64,000 bases of DNA from a virus. Taxonomy: Duplodnaviria; Caudoviricetes. Below the pieces are notes generated by a model, which saw only the letters and a list, made by a program, of their open reading frames with translations, made no database searches and had not been told where the DNA came from. The stretch covers positions 3,924 to 67,923 of the IMG/VR virus record IMGVR_UViG_3300011435_000017; one strand, 5' to 3'. Positions 51,945-61,212 of this stretch are shown piece by piece (position 1 is the first letter of the stretch; every line of letters starts with the position of its first letter). Made by a program: the position numbers and the translations under genes.

Positions 51945-52364
51945 TCAGGCTTGCACGCGGAGAATGCCGCGAGGGTCATCGACGACAGCTTCAACTTGGT
52001 CGTCGTTCAAGATGCGGAACTCCTGCCCAAAAATCTTGAAGCGGGTTCCGGCATAGGTACGGACAACGATGAAGTCGCCCTTCTTGCACCACGGCCCGCT
52101 CGGGAAGCGCGCCTTGTCGCTGTACGCGTCGGGACCGAGGTCGAGCACGAAGAGGATGGTCGTCGCCGCTTCCTCGTCTGCCATCGTCTTCGCGGCCTTG
52201 ACCAGCACCGACTGCTCGAACGCCTCCTTCGCCTTCGGGATCGCGCAGAGGATGTGGTAGCCCGCAGGCTTGGGCAGCATCTTCGATGCGGGCTCGGGCT
52301 CTTCGCCCGCAACGTGTTTCGGCAGTACCAGTCCGGGGTCAGGTGTCAGAATCGTCGATGTCAT
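51945..52364 (-). CDS. GroES-like co-chaperonin
   Basis: P-x-GYHIL...V-x-x-LGPDAY...PWC-x-x-GD-x-V...YAG...EFRILNDD-x-V-x-AVV. Confidence 0.8.
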   Translation of the reverse strand: MTSTILTPDPGLVLPKHVAGEEPEPASKMLPKPAGYHILCAIPKAKEAFEQSVLVKAAKTMADEEAATTILFVLDLGPDAYSDKARFPSGPWCKKGDFIVVRTYAGTRFKIFGQEFRILNDDQVEAVVDDPRGILRVQA

Positions 52365-52551
52365 CGATATGGTCCAGCAGGGCTTTGATGAGCTGCTCGG
52401 CGAGGGTCAGCCCCGAGATGACCCCCACGAGGTTTTGGTAAGCGGCGTAGTCCACCGGAGCGCCTCGCGCGAGCGCATCGCCGCGCACGCGAATCTCCGT
52501 CTGGACCTTCTTCAGCAGATCGTCGGCGTCCCGCGGTGCGTCGCCCTTCAC
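52339..52551 (-). CDS. Small helical protein following the portal gene
   Basis: DY-x-x-YQ-x-x-VG-x-I-x-GL pattern; GTGA overlap with the portal stop. Confidence 0.7.
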   Translation of the reverse strand: MKGDAPRDADDLLKKVQTEIRVRGDALARGAPVDYAAYQNLVGVISGLTLAEQLIKALLDHIDDIDDSDT

Positions 52552-55199
52552 TGCGGCATCCCTTCAGGGGGCACAGGCGGCGAGGCCGGCACTGCCGGCT
52601 GCTCCGGCTGAGCCTGCGGAACAGCCGGCTGTGGTTGCGGCTCAGGCACCTGCGGTGCCGGCCCCGCCGCCTCTGCCTGATCGTCCGACGGGTCCTCCGT
52701 CTTGCTCAAGCCGATCTCGTTGGCCTCGTGCTCGGCCGCGAGCCGGTCCACGTCGGCCTGCGCGTTCGCGCGGTCCTGCGCCAGCAGCTCCTGATCCTGC
52801 GCGCGGCCCATCATGCCGACCTGCAGCGCCTTGACCTCGATCTGCTGCTCGCCCAGCTCGCCGGCTTGGATGAGCTTGTCGCGTGCGAGGTCGATCTTGT
52901 CGGCCTTGTCTGCCGCCTCGATGCCGACCTTCTTCTCGGCCAGCGCTGCCTTGTCCTCCAAGTCCGCGGCCTTCACCCGCAGCTCGTTCTCCTTGATGCC
53001 CAGCTCGCGATCGCGCTGATCGAGGGCACGGGTCTGGAGCTTGAGCATCGGGTCCTGCGCGGCCTGCTGAGCGGCCTGCGCGGCGGCTTGCTGCGCGTGC
53101 TCCTGCGCGACCTGCTGGCCGGCGGTGGCCATCGCCTGCGCGAGCGCCTGCGACTGCTGCTCGTCCATCGGCTGTGCCGGGTCCGGCAGCGGCTGCCCCA
53201 TCGCCGTCTGCATCTGCGCGCGGTACTGGTAGGCCATGTGCTCGGCGATGTGCGCCTGCATCGCGCCCATCATCATGGGCGCCTGCGGATTCTGACCAAG
53301 GCTCTGCATCACGATCGGGTCCTGCATGAACGCTTGGTGGACCTTCAGGTGCGCGTCGTGATCCTGCTGCACGAACGCCTTGATGGGCTTGGCCATCAGC
53401 ACGTTCATGTTCTCCGTCACCGGGTCGGCGGGGATCGCCTCCGGCTTCAGCGGCACGAGCTTGGCGGCGTTCTTGATGCCCAGCACCTCCAGCATGCCCC
53501 GATGCAGCTCCGCGAGGTCGTAGACCTGCGGAGCGGTCGAGGAGAGCTGGATCGCTGCTTGGTACTGCACCACGCGCTGGCTCATCGTCGCAGCGCTCGG
53601 ATCGCTGACCGGGATGATGTCCACGAGCGCGAAGTCGGCCTGCTTGGTGCCCGGCTTGTTGTCGGTCGTCTCGTAGCTGTAGTTGTCGTCTCCGCTGTCG
53701 CGGATGACCTCCTTCAACAGCTTGAACTCGTGCTTCAGGCTGTTGTGGGTCCGGGCCTGCACCGCGGACATCACCTTGAGCTGGCGTTCGAGCAGCGCGA
53801 GCGTGGTGCCGACCGGCGCCTGCGCGCTCATATCGCTGATCTTCATGTCGGCCGTGCCGGGTATGCGCCGGCCGTCCTCGATGATCTTGTCCAAGAGGGC
53901 TGCCAGCGTGGCATCCGCACCCTTGTACGGCAGCGGCAGGAGGTTGTCGCGCAGCGTGCCCGAGAGCACGTCCACGTCGCGCCATTCGCCCGGGCTGATG
54001 GGCGTGTCGTCGCCCTTGATGCGCAGCCCCTTGCTCTTCAGGCCACCCGGCAGGTTCGCGAGCGTGCCCGCGTCGATGAGCATACGGATGATGCTCGTCG
54101 CGCTCTTCGCGTACCCGCCGATCAGGTGGAAGAGCCCGTAGCCGTAGGGCCCGAAGCCCGGCACGTAGTCGTACTGGACGAAGTGCTGGCGGCGCATGAA
54201 GAGCGGGTCGCCCTCGTTCCAGTTCCTGCGGATCGACAGCATCTCGCCGCCGTGCAGTTTCGTGATGACGTAGGGCCGCGGTGTCGCGTCGCCCTCCATC
54301 GCCGGGAACGACATGCTCACCTGCACCTCGTAGACCGTGAACGACTCGTCGGTGATGTCGCTGAAGCCGGTCTGGTCGTCCTTCGCTTCCTTGATGTCGT
54401 CGTGGAGCCTGTAGGGGGTGCCGAGCTGCACCTCGGCGTAGAAGCCCGCGGCCATCAGCGCCTCAAGCTCCTGCTCCGTCTTCCGCATGACGTGGGTCAC
54501 GCGCTCCGCGGAGTAGATGTTCGAGGAGCTGTACGGCATCACGATGTCTTCGGCCGGCACGAAGATGCTCGTCTGACGCTTCCAGCGCGGGTCCTCGTAG
54601 ACCTTCTTGAACGCACAGCCCACCGGAGAGAGGTTCCACAGCATCTTCTCGTGCTCGCTGCGGTACTCGATCATCTTCTCGGTGAGCTGGTAGTTCATCT
54701 CGGCCTTCACCCGGGCCGCTGCGTCCTTCTTGGGCTGCGTCTCCTCGCCGATGATCTTGGTGCTCACCGGACCGGCTGCCGGGAACGTCTCCATGATCGT
54801 TTCCGACTGGAAGCGGACCACCGCCTCCGTGATCATGGGGTGCGTGACCCCGCACGCGCCGCTCCACGGCTCGGTGCGGTCCTCGTACTTCAGCCCGAGG
54901 AGCTTCAAGCCTTCGCGGTACGTCTGTTCCCAGTCGTCGCGCGAGCGCTTGTCCTCGTCTACCCAGTGATCGATGTCGTGCGAGAGCGTCGCAAGGACCC
55001 TCTCATCCGCCATGTCGAGCAGGTTGTCGCCGAAAGCCAGCGGAACGGCCGCTGCAGCGGCCGCAAGGGCTTCGTCGTCCGGGTCGTCGCTCTCGCCGTC
55101 ACCGACGATCTCGATCTCGATTTCCGGCTCGTTGGCGGCTTCGGGAACGAGCGCGCCGAGCCCCATCGGAGCCGGCGAAAGGGATTTGACGACAGCCAT
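52548..55199 (-). CDS. Portal protein (P22-like, long Gln/Ala-rich C-terminal barrel)
   Basis: 883 aa directly after terL; SR-x-x-WE...EPW-x-GACGV-x-HP-x-I-x-EAVVRFQ...PGFG-x-YG-x-GL...DAGTLANLPGG. Confidence 0.9.
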   Translation of the reverse strand: MAVVKSLSPAPMGLGALVPEAANEPEIEIEIVGDGESDDPDDEALAAAAAAVPLAFGDNLLDMADERVLATLSHDIDHWVDEDKRSRDDWEQTYREGLKLLGLKYEDRTEPWSGACGVTHPMITEAVVRFQSETIMETFPAAGPVSTKIIGEETQPKKDAAARVKAEMNYQLTEKMIEYRSEHEKMLWNLSPVGCAFKKVYEDPRWKRQTSIFVPAEDIVMPYSSSNIYSAERVTHVMRKTEQELEALMAAGFYAEVQLGTPYRLHDDIKEAKDDQTGFSDITDESFTVYEVQVSMSFPAMEGDATPRPYVITKLHGGEMLSIRRNWNEGDPLFMRRQHFVQYDYVPGFGPYGYGLFHLIGGYAKSATSIIRMLIDAGTLANLPGGLKSKGLRIKGDDTPISPGEWRDVDVLSGTLRDNLLPLPYKGADATLAALLDKIIEDGRRIPGTADMKISDMSAQAPVGTTLALLERQLKVMSAVQARTHNSLKHEFKLLKEVIRDSGDDNYSYETTDNKPGTKQADFALVDIIPVSDPSAATMSQRVVQYQAAIQLSSTAPQVYDLAELHRGMLEVLGIKNAAKLVPLKPEAIPADPVTENMNVLMAKPIKAFVQQDHDAHLKVHQAFMQDPIVMQSLGQNPQAPMMMGAMQAHIAEHMAYQYRAQMQTAMGQPLPDPAQPMDEQQSQALAQAMATAGQQVAQEHAQQAAAQAAQQAAQDPMLKLQTRALDQRDRELGIKENELRVKAADLEDKAALAEKKVGIEAADKADKIDLARDKLIQAGELGEQQIEVKALQVGMMGRAQDQELLAQDRANAQADVDRLAAEHEANEIGLSKTEDPSDDQAEAAGPAPQVPEPQPQPAVPQAQPEQPAVPASPPVPPEGMPQ

Positions 55200-55215
55200 A
55201 GGGCCTCCTATGGGG

Positions 55216-56787
55216 TCAGTAGTATGCGCGACGTGGCCGGCGGCGGGCGATTTCGTCCTCCTCCGGGTCTGTCTGCACGTCGGTCTTCAGCGACAGGAAG
55301 CCGCCGCGCCGGAAGCGATCGAGGGCCAGTTGAACGCAGTCCACAAAGTCATCGTGCTCGCCGTTGGGGTAGTCCGCGCACTCATCGACGACCTCGTATG
55401 CCCAGCGCCGGTCGGGGTGCCACACGACCCCGCCCTGCAGGACTGGAGCTACGGCGTTGACCCGCGCTCTCTTGTCCTTGGAGACGCCAACCTTGCCACG
55501 GCTTGGGGATACCTCGGCTATTAGCAGCCCGGATTGACGGAGTTCTTGGATCAAGGGGGCACCCGCGGCCTTCTTCTCGATGATCACGTCGTCGGGCTCC
55601 CAGTCCTTGTACAACTGGAACGCCTTCTCCTTGAGCTGCGGGAACTCCCAGCGGCCGCGCAACGCGTTCAACATGATGATGTGGTGCTTCTCGTCGTCCT
55701 CGTCGTACCACACGCCCCATGTGATGCACGCCGAGTAGTCATTGTGGCTCTTCGTGTCGTGCGCGGTGTCCCAGACTTGCAGGATGTACTCGCAGGTCGG
55801 TGGCGTGTCCTTCGGCCAAACACGCCACCATTCCCGCTTCAGGAGCTGGCCCGCGGCCGATGAGGGCTCCTGCTGGTACTGCGCGGCCCAGTACTGGGGC
55901 AGCATGCCGGCCTGCTTCGCTTCGAGCTGCTCCAGCGGCCACTGCTCGGGCCACAGCGACTTGCCGCTGGGCATGATCGCCGGGAAGCGCACCTCGTTCC
56001 AAGGGATCGAGGAGGGGTTCTCCAAGGCCCATGCAAGCGCTCGGCCGATCGGGTCCTTCTTCCCCCACCGCGTGCCGATCTGGATGATCCTGCCGCCCGG
56101 CATGAGGCGCTGGAGCGGGCCCACCTGCATGTAGGTCCACGCCGTCTCGAAGGCAACGTCGGGGTTGGCCAGCACCGCCTGCTCGGATACGAGGTCATCG
56201 GCGAGGAGCAGGTGCGCGCCGTAGCCGGCAACCGAGCCACCGACGCCAACCGCGAGGTACTTGCCGCCGACAGTGGTCGTCCAGTCATCGGCTGCCGACT
56301 TGTCCTTCGAGACGATCGTTCCGGGGAAGATCGCTTGGTAGTCCGGCGTCGCCAGCATGTTGCGAACGAGGCGCCCGAACGACGAGGAGAGGTCCGCGGT
56401 GTGCGTGACCATGATGATGTGGTGCTCGGGGTGGTGCCCGAGATACCACGCCACGAACAGGTAGGCGATCGTGACGGATTTGCCGAATCGAGGCGGGAGG
56501 GACACCGTGAGGCGCAGCTCCAGACCGATGCAGACGTTGTGCAGCAGCGGCTCAAGGAACCGGTGATGCGGTCCCTCCTTGAAGCCCGGGTACATGCGGG
56601 CGCAGAAGTGGAGAAAAGACACCCTGCACCGTTCGAGCATCAAGCTCTCTTCGAGTGCAGTTAAATCGGCCATGAGCTGCTCGGCGTCCTTCCTCGGAAG
56701 GGTCGGCAGCGTCTCCTCGATGCGCTCGATCTCCTCTGGCGCCAGCGGCGACAAGGCTGCGGCGTCAGCGTACGGGAGGAGATTCAT
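55216..56787 (-). CDS. terL: Terminase large subunit
   Basis: Walker A-like PPRFGKS, GYGAHLLLADDL, IQIGTRW, QYQQEP, and RNase H-like nuclease motifs WDTA...NDYSA and HDDFVD. Confidence 0.95.
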   Translation of the reverse strand: MNLLPYADAAALSPLAPEEIERIEETLPTLPRKDAEQLMADLTALEESLMLERCRVSFLHFCARMYPGFKEGPHHRFLEPLLHNVCIGLELRLTVSLPPRFGKSVTIAYLFVAWYLGHHPEHHIIMVTHTADLSSSFGRLVRNMLATPDYQAIFPGTIVSKDKSAADDWTTTVGGKYLAVGVGGSVAGYGAHLLLADDLVSEQAVLANPDVAFETAWTYMQVGPLQRLMPGGRIIQIGTRWGKKDPIGRALAWALENPSSIPWNEVRFPAIMPSGKSLWPEQWPLEQLEAKQAGMLPQYWAAQYQQEPSSAAGQLLKREWWRVWPKDTPPTCEYILQVWDTAHDTKSHNDYSACITWGVWYDEDDEKHHIIMLNALRGRWEFPQLKEKAFQLYKDWEPDDVIIEKKAAGAPLIQELRQSGLLIAEVSPSRGKVGVSKDKRARVNAVAPVLQGGVVWHPDRRWAYEVVDECADYPNGEHDDFVDCVQLALDRFRRGGFLSLKTDVQTDPEEDEIARRRPRRAYY

Positions 56788-56814
56788 CCGCTCATCGGCG
56801 AACGCCGGGGGCGT

Positions 56815-57501
56815 TCATGCCTCCGGGGAGGGAGCGTCGGGCTCGACGCGCTCGACGAAGGGCACGTCGGTCACACCGCTTGCGGATTCGAGTTCGGTCC
56901 TCGTCTTCGGCCGGAGCCCGGCAAGTTTTCCGCGGATCGCGTCTGCGAGGGCGTGCGGCGTCGCTTCTGCCGGCGGTCGCGAGATTTCGACGCGCTCGGT
57001 GTACGCGCCGACCTCAGTGACGGTGCCAAGGGTGCGAAGGGCCTGCAGGCTGATCTTCGGATCAGCGTTTTTCGCGTGCTCGACGAGCCGCGCGACGATG
57101 TAGCCGCGAATTTCCTTGGCCTGCTTGACGTATTCCCAGTCGTACTCACTCAGCATGCCTGCCAAGTGGCGCACTGCCAGCGGCGTGGAGAGCGCCATGA
57201 GGCGGCTCTTTTGCGTCATCGGGTCCACGTAGGGGTTCGTGGTCGCGGCAAACGCGTCTCTGACCCCCTGTTTCTGGTCTTCCGAGAGCTGCGGAGGCCC
57301 GTCCTCGCCTGTATACGCCCCGATTTCTTCGAGCCAGTGCGCCGTGCGCGCTTGGGCGCTCAGCAGCTCCTGTGACGTGGCTTCTTCGAGCGTTTTGAGG
57401 TCTTTTTCGTCGGAAACGGGGATTTCCGACGCCACGGGCTCGTGCACGGCGGGTTCCAGCACCTCCGTGTCAGGTTCCAACGCGATCAAGTCATCGAACA
57501 T
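56815..57501 (-). CDS. Putative terminase small subunit (start at 57501 or 57507)
   Basis: Directly upstream of terL; helical, with IRGYIVARL...ISLQALRTLG...VGAYTERVEI. Confidence 0.6.
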   Translation of the reverse strand: MFDDLIALEPDTEVLEPAVHEPVASEIPVSDEKDLKTLEEATSQELLSAQARTAHWLEEIGAYTGEDGPPQLSEDQKQGVRDAFAATTNPYVDPMTQKSRLMALSTPLAVRHLAGMLSEYDWEYVKQAKEIRGYIVARLVEHAKNADPKISLQALRTLGTVTEVGAYTERVEISRPPAEATPHALADAIRGKLAGLRPKTRTELESASGVTDVPFVERVEPDAPSPEA

Positions 57502-57746
57502 GCACATCACTATAAGAGATTCGTGTGTTATGTTCACGTTTCAGGCGTTGGTGCTGGGCCGGGGACTGCTGGAGGCAACCCCGGCCATTTTTTTTGCCCA
57601 AAATTTTGGTGTTTCACCTGTTTTTAGTGACTTCGGGCCGGTTTTTTCAAATTTTGATAGGGATAAGAGACAAACACTGTTCATAAAGGTCGCCGGAGTC
57701 CCACACAGCCATTGGGGGTACCACCACCGTACCCTTCACACCCCCC

Positions 57747-57765
57747 GTTTGACACTGGGTCAAAC
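57747..57765. promoter_or_regulatory. Palindromic motif copy 2 (GTTTGACACTGGGTCAAAC)
   Basis: Intergenic, between the divergent late and early blocks. Confidence 0.8.
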
Positions 57766-57870
57766 AGGTACTGGATAGGGGTTCATACAATAGAGGTAGC
57801 GGATAGGGGATCACACCCCACCGCTGACACCGACACGTCGTCGGTGTCCACTCTCCGTTGAAAGGTTCGT

Positions 57871-58416
57871 ATGAACTTCGCATCCATCCTCTCCACTACC
57901 CACTCCACCATCGTCAAGGGTGGCGACAACGACGCCGCGGTCAAGGCCGCGTACGTTGCGCTGAAGGGCTCGAAGCAGACGCTGGCCACGCTGCTGGCAC
58001 AGGAGCGCGAGCACGGCAACGTGAAGCGCGGCGTCGAGACGGCGTACCGAGCGCTCGTCGGCTCGATGCGTGCCATCCTCGTCAGCAACGCGTTGGATGT
58101 CACCTCGGCCTCGGTCGTGCGTGACGCGATCCGCTTCAACGTGTGGCTCGATGAGGGCTACAAGGTGGCGCTCGTGAACAGCAAGACCGACGGCGTGTCG
58201 GACCTGAGCGAGGCGCAGATCACGGTGTACGACCGAGTGGCGAAGCGCATCAGCCGGCTGGCCAAGGACATCGTGGGCGAGACGAAGCCGACGCCCGAGG
58301 TCGTGCCCGTCGTGATCCCGCGTGCGCTGCGTGCCTCGATGAAGGCGAGCACCCTCGACGCGGGCGTGGACTTCAAGGTGGCACTCGCTGCGCTGAAGTC
58401 GATCTACGGCAAGTGA
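57871..58416 (+). CDS. Hypothetical early protein, 181 aa
   Basis: AAAGG RBS; first gene of the right-hand + strand block. Confidence 0.75.
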   Translation: MNFASILSTTHSTIVKGGDNDAAVKAAYVALKGSKQTLATLLAQEREHGNVKRGVETAYRALVGSMRAILVSNALDVTSASVVRDAIRFNVWLDEGYKVALVNSKTDGVSDLSEAQITVYDRVAKRISRLAKDIVGETKPTPEVVPVVIPRALRASMKASTLDAGVDFKVALAALKSIYGK

Positions 58417-58421
58417 TCCTT

Positions 58422-58440
58422 GTTTGACCTAGTGTCAAAC
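58422..58440. promoter_or_regulatory. Palindromic motif copy 3 (GTTTGACCTAGTGTCAAAC)
   Basis: Lies 5 nt after the stop codon. Confidence 0.8.
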
Positions 58441-58446
58441 ACGTTC

Positions 58447-58478
58447 AGCCCACGTTGTAATGACGTGGGCTTTTTCTT
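58447..58478 (+). terminator. Rho-independent terminator
   Basis: AGCCCACGT-7nt-ACGTGGGCT followed by TTTTCTT. Confidence 0.8.
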
Positions 58479-58565
58479 GCGCGACTGGTGTGAACCGAGG
58501 GATTGAAACCCTGTTTGGTTCGTGTTCGTCCGCGAGACAAAGCCCATCACTCACAGGAGATCGAC

Positions 58566-58742
58566 ATGAACACCCTCATCCATCAGCTCTACATCGTTCG
58601 CGAGTTCCGCAAGCAGCGCGCGTCTGACCCCGGCCTGCGCTACGCCCTGCGCCTCGCTGAGCGCAACCTCATGCGTCGCCTGCGGCGCGAGGCGGCGAAG
58701 GGCATGTACGAACTGCCGCGTGAGCGCGCTCGCTCGATCTGA
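58566..58742 (+). CDS. Small Arg-rich protein, 58 aa
   Basis: ATG at 58566 after AGGAG. Confidence 0.65.
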   Translation: MNTLIHQLYIVREFRKQRASDPGLRYALRLAERNLMRRLRREAAKGMYELPRERARSI

Positions 58743-58790
58743 GTCCAGCGTCATGCCCGTGCGGGCATGGCAGTGCGGCTTAGCCCACTC

Positions 58791-58810
58791 GTTTGACAGC
58801 TCTGTCAAAT
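58791..58810. promoter_or_regulatory. Palindromic motif copy 4 (GTTTGACAGCTCTGTCAAAT)
   Basis: Intergenic. Confidence 0.8.
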
Positions 58811-58828
58811 GCATCCCTTGGAGTACCT

Positions 58829-58990
58829 ATGAACCCCGACTCGATCCACGTCATCGTTCGCAGCTACGGCTCGAACTTCTACTTCACCGCCGAGACGCGC
58901 GCTGCTGCCGAACTGCTGCGCTCGTGCGTGCAAAGCGCCTCGCCCGCCTCCATCGTGGAGGTGTGGCGCGGTGACACCAAGCTCGTTTGA
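58829..58990 (+). CDS. Small hypothetical protein, 53 aa
   Basis: ATG at 58829 after GGAG. Confidence 0.6.
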   Translation: MNPDSIHVIVRSYGSNFYFTAETRAAAELLRSCVQSASPASIVEVWRGDTKLV

Positions 58991-59004
58991 CATCGGAGTC
59001 AAAC
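58985..59004. promoter_or_regulatory. Palindromic motif copy 5 (GTTTGACATCGGAGTCAAAC)
   Basis: Overlaps the upstream stop codon and abuts the next ATG; its spacer supplies a GGAG RBS. Confidence 0.8.
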
Positions 59005-59271
59005 ATGCGTCGCTTCTCTACCAACATCCTCGGCGTCCTGCTCGCTGCATCGATCGCCCTCACCCTCGTGCTCTCGTCGCAGGACGCACTCGCTGCCGGC
59101 CCGAGCTACACGCTCTACCGCAACAGCTTGGCCATTGCCAATGCACGCATCGAAGTGGCTGTGTTCAACAGGCAAGACGATTGCTTCGCGGCTGCGGACA
59201 TGTTCACCGAAAGCGCACACAGCATAGGTCTGCGTCGATACCGCTACTGGTGCGAGAAGTTCCTCCCTTGA
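59005..59271 (+). CDS. Small secreted/periplasmic protein, 88 aa
   Basis: Signal peptide MRRFSTNILGVLLAASIALTLVLSSQDALA; two Cys in the mature part. Confidence 0.7.
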   Translation: MRRFSTNILGVLLAASIALTLVLSSQDALAAGPSYTLYRNSLAIANARIEVAVFNRQDDCFAAADMFTESAHSIGLRRYRYWCEKFLP

Positions 59272-59337
59272 GCCCGCGACCACTCGACAAACGTAGCCGC
59301 TTGCCCCGCGTGCGGGGCTTGCGGGTGCGACCCACCC

Positions 59338-59356
59338 GTTTGACATGGTGTCAAAC
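59338..59356. promoter_or_regulatory. Palindromic motif copy 6 (GTTTGACATGGTGTCAAAC)
   Basis: Intergenic, just upstream of an AGGAG RBS. Confidence 0.85.
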
Positions 59357-59370
59357 GCATAGGAGTTCTC

Positions 59371-59724
59371 ATGAATCTCGTCATCACCGACACCGACTAC
59401 CTGCGCCCCGCGCTCGATCGCTTCTTCAAGGACAAGCACGCGCTCATGAACGCGTTCCAGTACGTGGGCGAGCGCAACGCCGACGCGCGCAGGCTGATCG
59501 CCGATCTGGAGTGGAAGACCTACCTGCACGGCGCGATGGTCGGCACGCTGAAGAGCATGCCGCGCGAGATGCGCTACTCGATCCACCTCGCCATGCGCGA
59601 GGGCGGCATCCGACCGGGTGCGCCGGCCGGCACGGGTGACTTCTACCGCCCCGACGTGAGCGCGCCGCTCCTCTTCGAGGACATCGTGCAGCCCATCGCC
59701 TTCATCCTCGCGACCAACTGGTAG
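59371..59724 (+). CDS. Hypothetical protein, 117 aa
   Basis: AGGAG RBS. Confidence 0.75.
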   Translation: MNLVITDTDYLRPALDRFFKDKHALMNAFQYVGERNADARRLIADLEWKTYLHGAMVGTLKSMPREMRYSIHLAMREGGIRPGAPAGTGDFYRPDVSAPLLFEDIVQPIAFILATNW

Positions 59725-59732
59725 GAGTTGCC

Positions 59733-59891
59733 ATGCGCATCACTGAAGACTCGACGAACGGCGCCGTGCTGTTCACCATCGTCGGCACGCTCGTCGCGCT
59801 GATCGCTCCCATCGCCACCGTCTTCGGTGGCCTCTTCGTCGGCGGCATCACCCTGCTCGCCGGTCTTTCCGTAGCCATCCTTTGGAGGTAA
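59733..59891 (+). CDS. Small two-TM membrane protein, 52 aa (below the ORF-track cutoff)
   Basis: AGGAG RBS; reads MRITEDSTNGAVLFTIVGTLVALIAPIATVFGGLFVGGITLLAGLSVAILWR. Confidence 0.65.
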   Translation: MRITEDSTNGAVLFTIVGTLVALIAPIATVFGGLFVGGITLLAGLSVAILWR

Positions 59892-59893
59892 AC

Positions 59894-60262
59894 ATGGCTG
59901 ACAAGAAGCATCTAGTGAACACGCGTGTCAACCTGATACACGCGTACAACAACCTGATCGACGCCCTCGGGCGCCTCGGTGCCTCGGGCTCCGAGCAGGC
60001 CGCGCTCGTCTGGGACTTGCTGCCTTCCGCAGCACCTGTCGGAAGCCCGACCACGCTGCGCCGCGCATGGGTCGTCAGCCAAGGGATCATGCCGCCCGTC
60101 GATGCACTGCCTGAGTGGTCACGCTACCAGTCTTGCTTGGCCGAGTTCAAGGCCGCTGCCCTGTTCGGCCCTGCGCCCATGCCCTACCCCGGCGGTGCGC
60201 TCGCGTCCTTCATCGATGCCGACGGTGAGCGCGCGGTGCTGTTCAAGCGCGGGGAGGGCTGA
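59894..60262 (+). CDS. Hypothetical protein, 122 aa
   Basis: ATG at 59894 after GGAGG. Confidence 0.7.
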   Translation: MADKKHLVNTRVNLIHAYNNLIDALGRLGASGSEQAALVWDLLPSAAPVGSPTTLRRAWVVSQGIMPPVDALPEWSRYQSCLAEFKAAALFGPAPMPYPGGALASFIDADGERAVLFKRGEG

Positions 60263-60291
60263 GCAGCACTCGACAACGCTACGCACAACAC

Positions 60292-60311
60292 GTTTGACAG
60301 AGATGTCAAAC
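60292..60311. promoter_or_regulatory. Palindromic motif copy 7 (GTTTGACAGAGATGTCAAAC)
   Basis: At the start of a ~300-bp non-coding region. Confidence 0.85.
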
Positions 60312-60561
60312 AAGGGTGGCGCTATTCAACCGCCCTAATGGCGTCGGCAAGCCATTGATAAGGCTTGCGCGGCTCTCCACTGCTCTACCTCTCTCTCCTC
60401 TATACCTATATATAGAGATACGTGTGAGAGAGTTTTCTTTTTGGGTGTATATCCCCCGTCGTTTTTCATAGGCGTCTTAAGACATGCTTATGTTTTTGGC
60501 CTACCTCGTCTGAGCACCGAGGGCATAGGCAGTCCCGCTCAATCAAACCAAGGAGATAGAC

Positions 60562-61212
60562 GTGGGTAGACCCCGGTTGATAACGACGAAGCCGATCGGC
60601 TTCGAGATGACATGGAACGCCTTCGATGCGTGCCTGAGCACCATCGCCAAGGAATTCCCCGTCACACCCAAGTTCCGCGCCGCGCTGTGGCGTGCCCTCA
60701 ACGGCGTGGAGCCCGAGCGGCTCCCGCCCATCCGCTTCGATCACTGGACCCGCGAGGCACTGGCGTTGCTCGAACCGCTGCGCCTTGAGCAGGAGACGTG
60801 CAAGCAAAGCCAGCGCAAGGGCACGATCGACCGGCGCTACCTCGGCATCACGGCCACCCTGCCCGGCGGCGGGCGCGGCCGCAGGCCCGAGGTCGTCGTT
60901 GTCCTCGAAGAGTTCGACGCCTACTGCATCGAGCTGCTTCGCATCGAAGAGGCGATGGAGGACGCGCTCACCGAGGGCAACCACAGGCGCTTCGCCGGGA
61001 TCGCTGGCCAACCCGAGCCCGAGCCCCTCGACATCATCGTGGAGAACGAACGCACTGCGAACCGGCACGCGGGCACGGTCCACTGGACCCAGTGGGCCCT
61101 CCCCAACGTGAAGGCTCGCATCACCGAGGTCTTCGAGCAGGCCCGCAAGCAGACACCGCAGCGCGGCCGCTCGTGGGTCCCGTATCCCCTCACCCTCAAG
61201 GAGCAACCATGA
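60562..61212 (+). CDS. Hypothetical protein, 216 aa
   Basis: GTG start after AAGGAG. Confidence 0.7.
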   Translation: MGRPRLITTKPIGFEMTWNAFDACLSTIAKEFPVTPKFRAALWRALNGVEPERLPPIRFDHWTREALALLEPLRLEQETCKQSQRKGTIDRRYLGITATLPGGGRGRRPEVVVVLEEFDAYCIELLRIEEAMEDALTEGNHRRFAGIAGQPEPEPLDIIVENERTANRHAGTVHWTQWALPNVKARITEVFEQARKQTPQRGRSWVPYPLTLKEQP

